Positions 37,837 through 48,188 of a DNA stretch of 51,050 nt are shown piece by piece. The number at the start of each line of letters is the position of its first letter. Position 1 is the first letter of the stretch. The translations under genes and the position numbers were made by a program. The notes beneath the pieces are model-generated. The model saw nothing but the letters and a program-made list of their open reading frames with translations, was not told the origin of the DNA and searched no databases. The DNA is from Anaerolineae bacterium (GTDB taxonomy: Bacteria; Chloroflexota; JAHJIN01), in contig DAOTYG010000346.1 of assembly GCA_034435155.1 (NCBI GenBank), forward strand, positions 1-51,050. Reading direction: 5' to 3'.

Positions 37837-38604
37837 ATGCGCAGATGGCTGGCACTTCTGATCGGTGTCCTGCTTCTGGCCACGATCCTGGTGGGGGCCG
37901 GGGTCTTGATCACCTCCTGGTCGCCGGCCCCCACCCCGCCGGTGGAATCGCCCGGCCTGACCAGCCCGGCGCCAGATGCTTATGCCGGGCAACGCCAACG
38001 CATGGTGCAAGAGATCGCCGCCCAGGGGGTGACCAACGCGCAGGTGCTGGCGGCGTTTCAGGCCGTGCCGCGCCATGAACTGGTGCCGCCGGAGATGGTC
38101 CCCCTGGCTTACGCCGACCGCCCTCTACCCATCGGCTACGGGCAAACCATCTCCCAGCCATATATGGTGGCCTATATGACCGAGTTGCTGGAGCTGAAAG
38201 GCGGAGAGCGCGTGCTGGAGATCGGCACCGGGTCCGGCTATCAGGCGGCTATCCTGGCCGAACTGGGGGCGGAGGTCTATTCCGTGGAGATCATCCCGGA
38301 GCTATACGAACGGGCCACCGCTAATCTGGCCCGGCTGGGTTATCGGGTGCATACCCGTCGTGCCGACGGCTACTACGGCTGGGCCGAACACGCCCCCTAT
38401 GATGCCATCGTGGTCACGGCGGCGCCGGACCACATCCCCCCGCCACTGGTACAACAACTCAAACCTGGCGGTCGCCTGGTCATCCCGGTGGGGCCGCCGG
38501 GCCTGTACCAGACCCTGTGGTTGGTGATCCGGCGCGAAGGCGACCAGGTGGAGATGCTCAACAAGGGGGGCTGTGTCTTTGTCCCCCTGACCCGGGAGCA
38601 ATGA
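37837..38604 (+). CDS. pcm: Protein-L-isoaspartate O-methyltransferase with N-terminal TM/signal
   Basis: VPRH, AYADRPLPIG.GQTISQPY, LEIGTGSGYQAA, PYDAIVVTAA, FVPL. Confidence 0.93.
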   Translation: MRRWLALLIGVLLLATILVGAGVLITSWSPAPTPPVESPGLTSPAPDAYAGQRQRMVQEIAAQGVTNAQVLAAFQAVPRHELVPPEMVPLAYADRPLPIGYGQTISQPYMVAYMTELLELKGGERVLEIGTGSGYQAAILAELGAEVYSVEIIPELYERATANLARLGYRVHTRRADGYYGWAEHAPYDAIVVTAAPDHIPPPLVQQLKPGGRLVIPVGPPGLYQTLWLVIRREGDQVEMLNKGGCVFVPLTREQ

Positions 38605-41086
38605 CTAACTCACGCCGGCCGGGCATCAGACCGGCCAGGGCATAGCACAGTATGGCAAGCCCCAGCACGGCTGTAAAGCCAGCCTCCAGGGCCAGCATCG
38701 TCGTTACCACTGCGCTGACCACGGAGGCGCAGCCGTTGATGGCCCAGGCCCAGGGCACGATCCCTGGGTGTTGCCCGGCCGCGCGGCGCAGGCCAGCCGG
38801 GAAGGGCATACCCATCAAAACCCCCAGCGGGGCCAGAATCAGGGCCGCTGCCAACAGGCGCGCCCAGAGCGGCCACCCCAACAGAGCCTGGAACGTCAGT
38901 CCCCACCCCCACACAGCGACCAGCAGGACCACCACCAACGCGGCCAGCAGCAGGCGCAGGGGCAAACGCGCCGCGACAAGGCTCCCCAGGCCAGAGTAGA
39001 ATAACAATGCCCCCAGAACCAGCGCAAAGGCAAAGGTGGGGTGGTCAAGAAAGAGTATGAAACGTTGCATCAATGCGAGTTCGGCCAGGAGATAGCCGCC
39101 GCCGAGCAACGCAAAATAGGCCATCCACCGGCACGGAACTTGTCCGATCTGATCAGTATCAGTAGATGAAAAAAGTTGCTCAAAGCGGCGACCGCAGGGC
39201 GCGCCTGGAGCGACTTTTCCCAACCTCACCTCTTCCCCGGCCGGGTTTCCCCGCCGGGCGGCCACCAGCGGCCCCACGATGAGCACCCCAGAGGCCGCCA
39301 GCGATAGCCCCAACGCGGCTACCAGGATCAGATACCCACTGCCCCCGAAGGGCTGCCAGGTGCGGCCCAGAGTGCTCAGGATGGCCGGCACCTGGTTCCA
39401 CTTGAAATAGTGATGGAAAAAGGGCCGGTCATCTGTGGGTGAGGTGAGGGCATAGGCGGCAGTGTGCAGAGCAATTTCCCGCCGGGTCGGATCCACCAGG
39501 CGCGCGGCCAGCTCCTCATAGACCGGTTCGGTCAGCCGGTTATAGCGATTGACCTCGTCCGGGCGCAGGTCAGCGCTCCAGACCAGGTCAAAGCGACGTG
39601 CAGCGCAGAACTCGCGTACTGCTGCCAGGTCGGCCGGGGAGAATGGCGTGGGACAGGCCAGTACGGTAAGGGTGGACCAATCGCGGATGGCCACCAGGTG
39701 CGCGCCGATGTCCGACCAGCCGGCCCGTTCCCCGGCTGCCAGCACCAACGCGAACAGACGCATCTCCTCGCTGGGTGGCTGCTGGAGCCACCGCTGGGCC
39801 ACGAACAGGCCCGTGGGCCGCAGTCGCGCCAGGCAGGCCATCACCCCCTCGATAGTGAGCGTATAGTCCTCGCCCAGCCCGTAGGACCCCACCAGCACCG
39901 GCCGGTAGCTGTCGGTCAGGGCCACCTGGACAATGTCGAATGGCTCTGGCTGGCTGGCCAGCGCGCTGCGCACCCCGGTGGTCTGGACCGTCACGCCGGC
40001 CGCCCTGTATAACCCGCCGCTGAAGGTGGCGAACTCATCGCGCACTGCCTGGACGACAAGGGCGTTAGGTTCCACGACAGTGATAGTCGCCGCCCCGCCC
40101 CGGCGGGCCTGCCATACTTCCAGGCCGCCACGGGGAGCCAGGATCAGGGCCTGGGCTGTGGGCCGGAGGAGATAAGGCAAGGCCGTGGGCCGATAATCCA
40201 GGAACGACAGGTCGCCTGCGCCGGCCGTGATGGGGCTGAGGTTGTCGCCATCCACCGTCAAGCCCAACTGAGCCGGGGGCAGAGCTGGAGAGGCCAGGCT
40301 CAGGCCAGGGGCGGAGCGGATCGCGCTGCTCTCGACCACGTCCACCCGGCCGCTGGCGTCCCAGGCCCGGTAGCAGAGCCGGGCATCCGGGTAGCGCAGC
40401 GCGTAACTCAGGGCCTTGTACGGGGATAGTGACCATTCCAGTGCCGGCGGCCGGGCCACCAGAACGCCGGCTAACAGGGCAACCCCACCCAGGTAGACCA
40501 GGAGCGTGCGGCGGCGGATTCGCCCTGGCTCGGCCCGGCGTAACATCCCGGCGGCGCACCAGGCCAACAGGGCCGTGGCCCAGACGGTCCCTTCACCGCC
40601 CAGGAGGGGCAACAAGATCAACACCACCAGGCAACCGGTCGCAGCACCGGCCATGTTCGCGGCATAGAGGGCCGGCGCGCGGTCCGACCAGCGGGCCAGG
40701 GCCAGGGCCATGACCAGGCCGCCGGCCAGAAATGGGGCCACCAGGAGCAGGTAGCAGGCCACCAGATAAACCCATTGCACGCTTTCCAGGGCCAGGCGAT
40801 ACGTGTCGAAAGGCAGGGCCTTCAGCAGCAAATGACCCCCCGCCAGGGTTCCGGCCATGCTGACGGCGGCGGCCGTCAGGCTATGGCGGCGATCACGCCA
40901 GCCGGGTCGCCAGGCCAGCAAGGACCCACTGGCCCCGGCGCCCAGCAGGGCGATGCTAACACTCAGGAAGGCAAAATGATAACCCTGGGTCAGAGAAAAG
41001 AGCCGGGTGAGGGCGATCTCGAAGGTCAGAGTGGCTGCGGCGATCAGGAACAGCCCGGCGTAGAGTGCGCTGGGTGGCCGGTACAT
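38558..41086 (-). CDS. Spermidine-synthase-like polytopic membrane protein (SAM-dependent fold)
   Basis: FEIALTRLFS..GYHF, YAAN..GAA.G, TDDRPFF, MG.PFP, WAWAING..SV; probable start 41086. Confidence 0.8.
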   Translation of the reverse strand: MYRPPSALYAGLFLIAAATLTFEIALTRLFSLTQGYHFAFLSVSIALLGAGASGSLLAWRPGWRDRRHSLTAAAVSMAGTLAGGHLLLKALPFDTYRLALESVQWVYLVACYLLLVAPFLAGGLVMALALARWSDRAPALYAANMAGAATGCLVVLILLPLLGGEGTVWATALLAWCAAGMLRRAEPGRIRRRTLLVYLGGVALLAGVLVARPPALEWSLSPYKALSYALRYPDARLCYRAWDASGRVDVVESSAIRSAPGLSLASPALPPAQLGLTVDGDNLSPITAGAGDLSFLDYRPTALPYLLRPTAQALILAPRGGLEVWQARRGGAATITVVEPNALVVQAVRDEFATFSGGLYRAAGVTVQTTGVRSALASQPEPFDIVQVALTDSYRPVLVGSYGLGEDYTLTIEGVMACLARLRPTGLFVAQRWLQQPPSEEMRLFALVLAAGERAGWSDIGAHLVAIRDWSTLTVLACPTPFSPADLAAVREFCAARRFDLVWSADLRPDEVNRYNRLTEPVYEELAARLVDPTRREIALHTAAYALTSPTDDRPFFHHYFKWNQVPAILSTLGRTWQPFGGSGYLILVAALGLSLAASGVLIVGPLVAARRGNPAGEEVRLGKVAPGAPCGRRFEQLFSSTDTDQIGQVPCRWMAYFALLGGGYLLAELALMQRFILFLDHPTFAFALVLGALLFYSGLGSLVAARLPLRLLLAALVVVLLVAVWGWGLTFQALLGWPLWARLLAAALILAPLGVLMGMPFPAGLRRAAGQHPGIVPWAWAINGCASVVSAVVTTMLALEAGFTAVLGLAILCYALAGLMPGRRELVIAPGSGGQRHSPPC

Positions 41087-41141
41087 TTGCTTGTTCCCCC
41101 TCATGATGCGCCATGTCCCCTGATCGGCGGAGAATAAAGAT

Positions 41142-41170
41142 ATTGTACCACGGCCGGGCCGGCCAGACAA
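41142..41170 (-). promoter_or_regulatory. sigma70 promoter of spermidine-synthase-like gene
   Basis: TTGTCT-17 nt-TACAAT. Confidence 0.65.
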
Positions 41171-41181
41171 GAGTCCCCCAA

Positions 41182-41365
41182 TTGACATCCGTACGTAAAT
41201 TAAACGCACGATGGCACTGCCCCCCGCTCCGCTTCGCCTCCCTTCGGGGAGGGGAAAGAATGCTTCGTAGGGTTTTTTTGCGGCGGCTTCGCCGCCGCAG
41301 AAACCACCAGAAGGGCTTTCTCTCTCCTTGTTCCCTCCCTGACAGAAGTTATGCACGGATGCCAG
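41182..41365. mobile_element. MITE family B copy 3 with 8-bp TSD
   Basis: TTGACATCCGTACGTAA...TTATGCACGGATGCCAG; TCCCCCAA at 41174-41181 and 41366-41373. Confidence 0.85.
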
Positions 41366-41390
41366 TCCCCCAAACGTCAACCCGGCCCAT

Positions 41391-41419
41391 TTGACAGAAA
41401 TCTCATCCTGTGGTATTAT
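41391..41419 (+). promoter_or_regulatory. rrn P1 promoter
   Basis: TTGACA-17 nt-TATTAT. Confidence 0.8.
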
Positions 41420-41526
41420 TATAATCTCATATGGGGAAGGGCAAAGTCGAGGGCAGACCTACAGCTGGGGGGTAAAAGTTGCCGGGCAGCCTCAAGCCCT
41501 TATAATCGAACAGCGTAGAAACGCCC

Positions 41527-41556
41527 TTGACACAAAGACCGAGGATATGCTATAAT
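41527..41556 (+). promoter_or_regulatory. rrn P2 promoter
   Basis: TTGACA-18 nt-TATAAT. Confidence 0.8.
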
Positions 41557-41583
41557 AAAAACGGCGGTGGGAAAAGCCGCGAG

Positions 41584-41612
41584 TGTACCTTAACAACTGA
41601 AGAGTGGTAGGA
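41584..41612 (+). promoter_or_regulatory. boxA / 16S processing-stem 5' arm
   Basis: TGTACCTTAACAACTGAAGAGTGGTAGGA pairs with TCCTATCACTCTTGAGTTGTTTAAGGTAC at about 43303-43331. Confidence 0.75.
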
Positions 41613-41660
41613 AGGCGCAGCAGATCCAGAGGTTCACACACCAAAGAACCCTAAATTTCT

Positions 41661-43193
<1,533 letters not shown>

Positions 43194-43338
43194 CTAGGGA
43201 GCACACCCTGCGGGAATACCCAAAACCCAAGCCCAAGATGATTGGGATTTGGGGCTTGGGATTTCCGTTAGGCCACTCCCAGGTCGATCCTCTGGAAGTC
43301 CTTCCTATCACTCTTGAGTTGTTTAAGGTACCCCCAGC

Positions 43339-43415
43339 GGGCCTTTAGCTCAGTCGGTTAGAGCGTTCCTCTGATAAGGGAAAGGTCTCAGGTTCGAATC
43401 CTGAAAGGCCCACCA
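43339..43415 (+). tRNA. tRNA-Ile (GAT)
   Basis: Cloverleaf, loop CTGATAA, ends CCA. Confidence 0.97.
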
Positions 43416-43512
43416 ACTGGCGGTTAGCCACTGGCTATTGGCTATTAGCTTTTTGAAAGCAAGGTCAATGGCTAATCGCCCAGAGCTAATCGCCAGTAGC
43501 TAATCGCTAACT

Positions 43513-43587
43513 GGGGATGTAGCTCAGTGGGAGAGCGCCTCCCTTGCACGGAGGAAGTCAGGGGTTCGAATCCCCTCATCTCCACCA
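43513..43587 (+). tRNA. tRNA-Ala (TGC)
   Basis: GGGGATG acceptor with G3:U70, loop CTTGCAC, ends CCA. Confidence 0.97.
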
Positions 43588-43640
43588 GCCTTGACAGGTG
43601 CCAAGAGCAGAAACCACGAAAGCAAGGAAGGAGGAGGTAA

Positions 43641-43940
43641 ATGATGAAGAAAGTATCTGTGAAAATCTTCATTGCAATGGCAATCGTTGCGCTTTTACTT
43701 ACCACAACCGGTCTTGTAGTTCTTGCTGAGCCTCTGGCACCACAGGCTGATGATCCGGGCGGCGGCGGTGGCGGATGTGGGTGTTGTACTATGCGAGTTG
43801 AACGAATGTGTTTCAACAATGGCTGTGGCGGAGAAACGTGTTGGTGTAGGCGCTGTTTCTACAATAGTTGTGGTCAGCTCGTGGATTGTGGAAGGTGGTA
43901 TCGGTGTTCTCATAGCTGCATAACCAGCATAGAACGATAG
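43641..43940 (+). CDS. Secreted cysteine-rich peptide (12 Cys) within the rRNA ITS
   Basis: SD aaggaggaggt; Sec-type signal ending VLA; Gly6 linker; 12 Cys in last ~54 aa. Confidence 0.8.
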   Translation: MMKKVSVKIFIAMAIVALLLTTTGLVVLAEPLAPQADDPGGGGGGCGCCTMRVERMCFNNGCGGETCWCRRCFYNSCGQLVDCGRWYRCSHSCITSIER

Positions 43941-44078
43941 AACAAATAACGCCTGAATCAATCCTGGAATAAGCATAAGACAATTGATGAGTGAAGGGCA
44001 CGCTCTTAACTGAACTGTGCTGGGTTCAACTAAGGAGCCTCTGCCCTTCCGTCTTATATGTCATGTGAGAGGAGCAAA

Positions 44079-44975
44079 GTGAAGCAAAGGCGCGTCTTGG
44101 GGTTGATAGTCCAAGGCATATTCTTGGTTATGACCATAAGCATTGCTGGGTGCAAAGAACAATATGTACCTTCTACCATCATACCACACACTCCCCCTGC
44201 AGAGGGGACTTTCATAGCATCACCCCAAGCTTCTACAGTTGAAGCCTTCACTCCAACGCCACGCATCAAGGCGGCAGAGTCTCAGCATTTCGTATTCTTT
44301 GTGGATGAGAGCAACGTTGATTTTATAATACAAGTGGACAAGATTGAACAAGTATATGCCTATGTGACGCAACGGACAGGTAGCCCAATTAGAGGAAAGG
44401 TTGACGTAACCTTCAGGCAACCTCAGGTTCAACCATGTCCTATAAGAGGGATAGCAGTTTGGCCTGATCTTCAGATCGCCATTTATGCTGATGAGAGTGC
44501 GGGCCAAGACTGCATCTTGGCCGTCATTGCCTGTGAGATAGGCCATCTGATTCAATTTCAAAGTTTTGACGGGGGGCCAACTGATCCGATCCTTCTTGAG
44601 GGCTGGGCGACCTGGGTGGCGGGTTCCTATTGGATTGAGTGGCAGAGGATGCCCTCTTTTGATGAGGGGGTCCGCTCTTACTTGCGGGATAAGCGATTTG
44701 TTTCCATTTCTAGATTTGATATTTCAACCTTAATCTACAAGAGTGAAGAGTGCCTTGAGCGCAGGGATATTGTCTATACTGAATATGCCTCATTCCTCAA
44801 CTACCTCATTGAGCGATATGGAATTAACGCTTTGAATTCACTCATAACTGCAAATATCCCAACAAGCCCTCCCTCTGAGGGTGCTGATCCTCGAGCTGAC
44901 TATCAAACTGTATATGGCAAAACACTCCAGGAATTGGAAAACGACTGGATCAAGTATCTCATGGGAGGGAATTGA
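44079..44975 (+). CDS. Lipoprotein, peptidase MA/gluzincin-like fold with CEIGH...EG motif
   Basis: SD gaggag + GTG; lipobox IAGC; ACEIGH, LLEGWATW, Y..YASFLNYLIERYG, YG..L.ELE..W pattern. Confidence 0.72.
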   Translation: MKQRRVLGLIVQGIFLVMTISIAGCKEQYVPSTIIPHTPPAEGTFIASPQASTVEAFTPTPRIKAAESQHFVFFVDESNVDFIIQVDKIEQVYAYVTQRTGSPIRGKVDVTFRQPQVQPCPIRGIAVWPDLQIAIYADESAGQDCILAVIACEIGHLIQFQSFDGGPTDPILLEGWATWVAGSYWIEWQRMPSFDEGVRSYLRDKRFVSISRFDISTLIYKSEECLERRDIVYTEYASFLNYLIERYGINALNSLITANIPTSPPSEGADPRADYQTVYGKTLQELENDWIKYLMGGN

Positions 44976-45011
44976 ACGTTCCGGGTGGTCCAAAGTAGTC
45001 CAAAATGGCAC

Positions 45012-45040
45012 TTGACAGGGGTGAGAGATTAAGGTATACT
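45012..45040 (+). promoter_or_regulatory. Internal sigma70 promoter for 23S-5S
   Basis: TTGACA-17 nt-TATACT; boxA-like CACATTAACAACTGAA at about 45262-45277. Confidence 0.8.
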
Positions 45041-46019
45041 TGGGGTGAAATTAGAAACTAGCTAGGCTAGAAGGTGGAACATAACATGGCTGGTGAGGAC
45101 ACATAGAACGGTTTGCACGAGACCCCGGCAGCCCCAGGCGGCGCGAGGGTTCTCGGGCCGTTTTTTGTGCCTCTGAGAAGGTTGGCCGTCGGCCAGCGGG
45201 CGTGAGTGCCGAAGAGCATTGGCGTCCGGGGGCTGGTGACCAACAAGGTCACTGGGATCGCACATTAACAACTGAATAGAGATGCATGGCTTCAATTTCG
45301 CTGGCTTAACGAGGACAAGCTACTAAGGGCACATGGTGGATGCCTGGGCGTAAGGAGCCGAAGAAGGGCGCGGTAGGCGGCGATACGCCCCGGGGAGCGG
45401 CGAACACGCGTCGATCCGGGGATGCCCGAATGGGGAAACCCGGCGTGGGTAATACCACGTCACCCCCCGCTGAACACATAGGCGGGGTGGGGGGAACCGG
45501 GGGAACTGAAACATCTAAGTACCCCGAGGAAAAGAGAGTATTCCCTGAGTAGTGGCGAGCGAAAGGGGAACAGCCCAAACCGGTGTCGTGTCAAGGTCGC
45601 AGCCGTTGCGATACTGGGGTTGGAAGGCGCGGCGGGGTTGCTGCGAAGACCCACAGGAGTTACCAAACTGGTTTGTAATCGAAGGAACCTGGGAAGGACG
45701 TGCCATAGAGGGTGATAGCCCCGTAGATGAAACAAACCAGTCTCCTGCCGCTGACCTTGAGTACCACGGGGCACGCTAATCCTGTGGGAAGCAGGGGGGT
45801 CCACCTCCCAAGGCTAAATACTCCTTATGACCGATAGTGAACGAGTACCGTGAGGGAAAGGTGAAAAGCACCGGGGTGACCGGAGTGAAATAGTACCTGA
45901 AACCGTGTGCCTACAAGCAGTGGAAGGGTGTTGCCTCACTTTGAGGTAGCCTGACCGCGTGCCTTTTGGAGAATGAACCGGCGAGTTAATCTGTGTAGCC
46001 AGGCTAAGGGAGAGACACC

Positions 46020-46053
<34 letters not shown>

Positions 46054-46373
46054 CTATGGTTGCACGGATTAGACCCGAAACCAGGTGAGCTACCCATGGC
46101 CAGGGTGAAGCGAGGGTAATACCTCGTGGAGGCCCGAACCTTTCAGTGTTGCAAAACTGCTGGATGAGCTGTGGGTAGAGGTGATATGCCAAACGAACCT
46201 GGAAATAGCTGGTTCTCCCCGAAATAGCTTTAGGGCTAGCCTCAGGCGTTTAGCGATGGAGGTAGGGCTCTGGATGGGCTAGGGGCCAGAATGGTTACCA
46301 AACTCAACCAAACCACTAATGCCATCGCTCTAGAGCCTGGGAGTCGGACAGTGGGGGATAAGCTTCATTGTCG

Positions 46374-46408
<35 letters not shown>

Positions 46409-46445
46409 GAAGTCCAGGCTAAGTGGGAAAGGATGTGGGGGCGCG

Positions 46446-46527
<82 letters not shown>

Positions 46528-46564
46528 TAATCCAACGGGGCTTAAGCCTGGCACCGAAGCTGCG

Positions 46565-46648
46565 GGAGGTTGGGAACTGGTAAATCAGGGAATTGGTAGA
46601 TTGGGCAACCAATTTACCAGACTACCAATTTACCAATGTACCAACTTC
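46565..46648 (+). repeat. Helix-45 expansion / IVS built from 8-mer repeats
   Basis: Between CACCGAAGCTGCG and GGTAGGGGAGCG; five ACCAnnnT units pairing with TGG-containing arm; GCAA loop. Confidence 0.8.
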
Positions 46649-47287
46649 GGTAGGGGAGCGTTCTGCGCGCGGCGAAGCCAGACCGTAAGGACTGGTCGAG
46701 AGCGCAGAAGTGAGAATGCCGGTATGAGTAGCGTAAGGCGAGTGATGAAACTCGTCCGCCGAAAGCCTAAGGTTTCCTGGGGAAGGTTAATCCGCCCAGG
46801 GTCAGCCGGTCCTAAGCCGAGGCCCACCGGCGTAGGCGATGGATAACTGGTGTATATTCCAGTGCCATGAGGCATCGTTTGAGCGATGGGGGGACGCGGA
46901 AGGGTAGGCTAGCGCATTACTGGATTTGCGTTCGATGCCTGTAGGGGGTGGACCCAGGCAAATCCGGGTCCATATCCAACCCTGAGGGGCAAAGTAGGCC
47001 TTCGGGCCATAAGTAGTCAATCCCAGGCCGTCAAGAAAAGCCTCTAGCAAGATGCCCTCGTGACCGTACCGCAAACCGCCACTGGTAGGTAGGTAGAGCA
47101 TACCCAGGCGATCGGGAGAACCCTCGTTAAGGAATTAGGCAAATTGACCCCGTAACTTCGGGAGAAGGGGTGCCCCGGTAGGGTGAAAGTACAAGTTGCT
47201 GGAGCCCGAGGGGGTCGCAGCGAACAGGCTCGGGCGACTGTTTAACAAAAACACAGGTCTCTGCTAAAGCGAAAGCTGATGTATAGG

Positions 47288-47318
<31 letters not shown>

Positions 47319-47360
47319 AGGGAGGGGTTAGCTTCCCTTTGGGGGAGCGAAGCTCTGAAC

Positions 47361-48174
<814 letters not shown>

Positions 48175-48188
48175 AACGGTCCTAAGGT

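Noticed and set aside
41182-41210. MITE terminal TTGACA as an extra rrn promoter
   Set aside because: No -10 hexamer at 16-18 nt spacing
41087-41380. Extended N-terminus of the spermidine-synthase-like ORF, and small ORFs at 13472, 13488, 36292 and 41113
   Set aside because: These are translations of MITE family B; no transposase motifs
43980-44050. Imperfect hairpin GAAGGGCA...TGCCCTTC between the two cargo genes as an integron attC site
   Set aside because: RYYYAAC/GTTRRRY ends are not in the correct positions and no intI is present; may only be an mRNA stem
45060-45175. T-box-like AAGGTGGAAC plus a hairpin with U-tract
   Set aside because: No room for stem I or a specifier loop after the promoter and no CCRCG continuation; more likely rRNA leader structure
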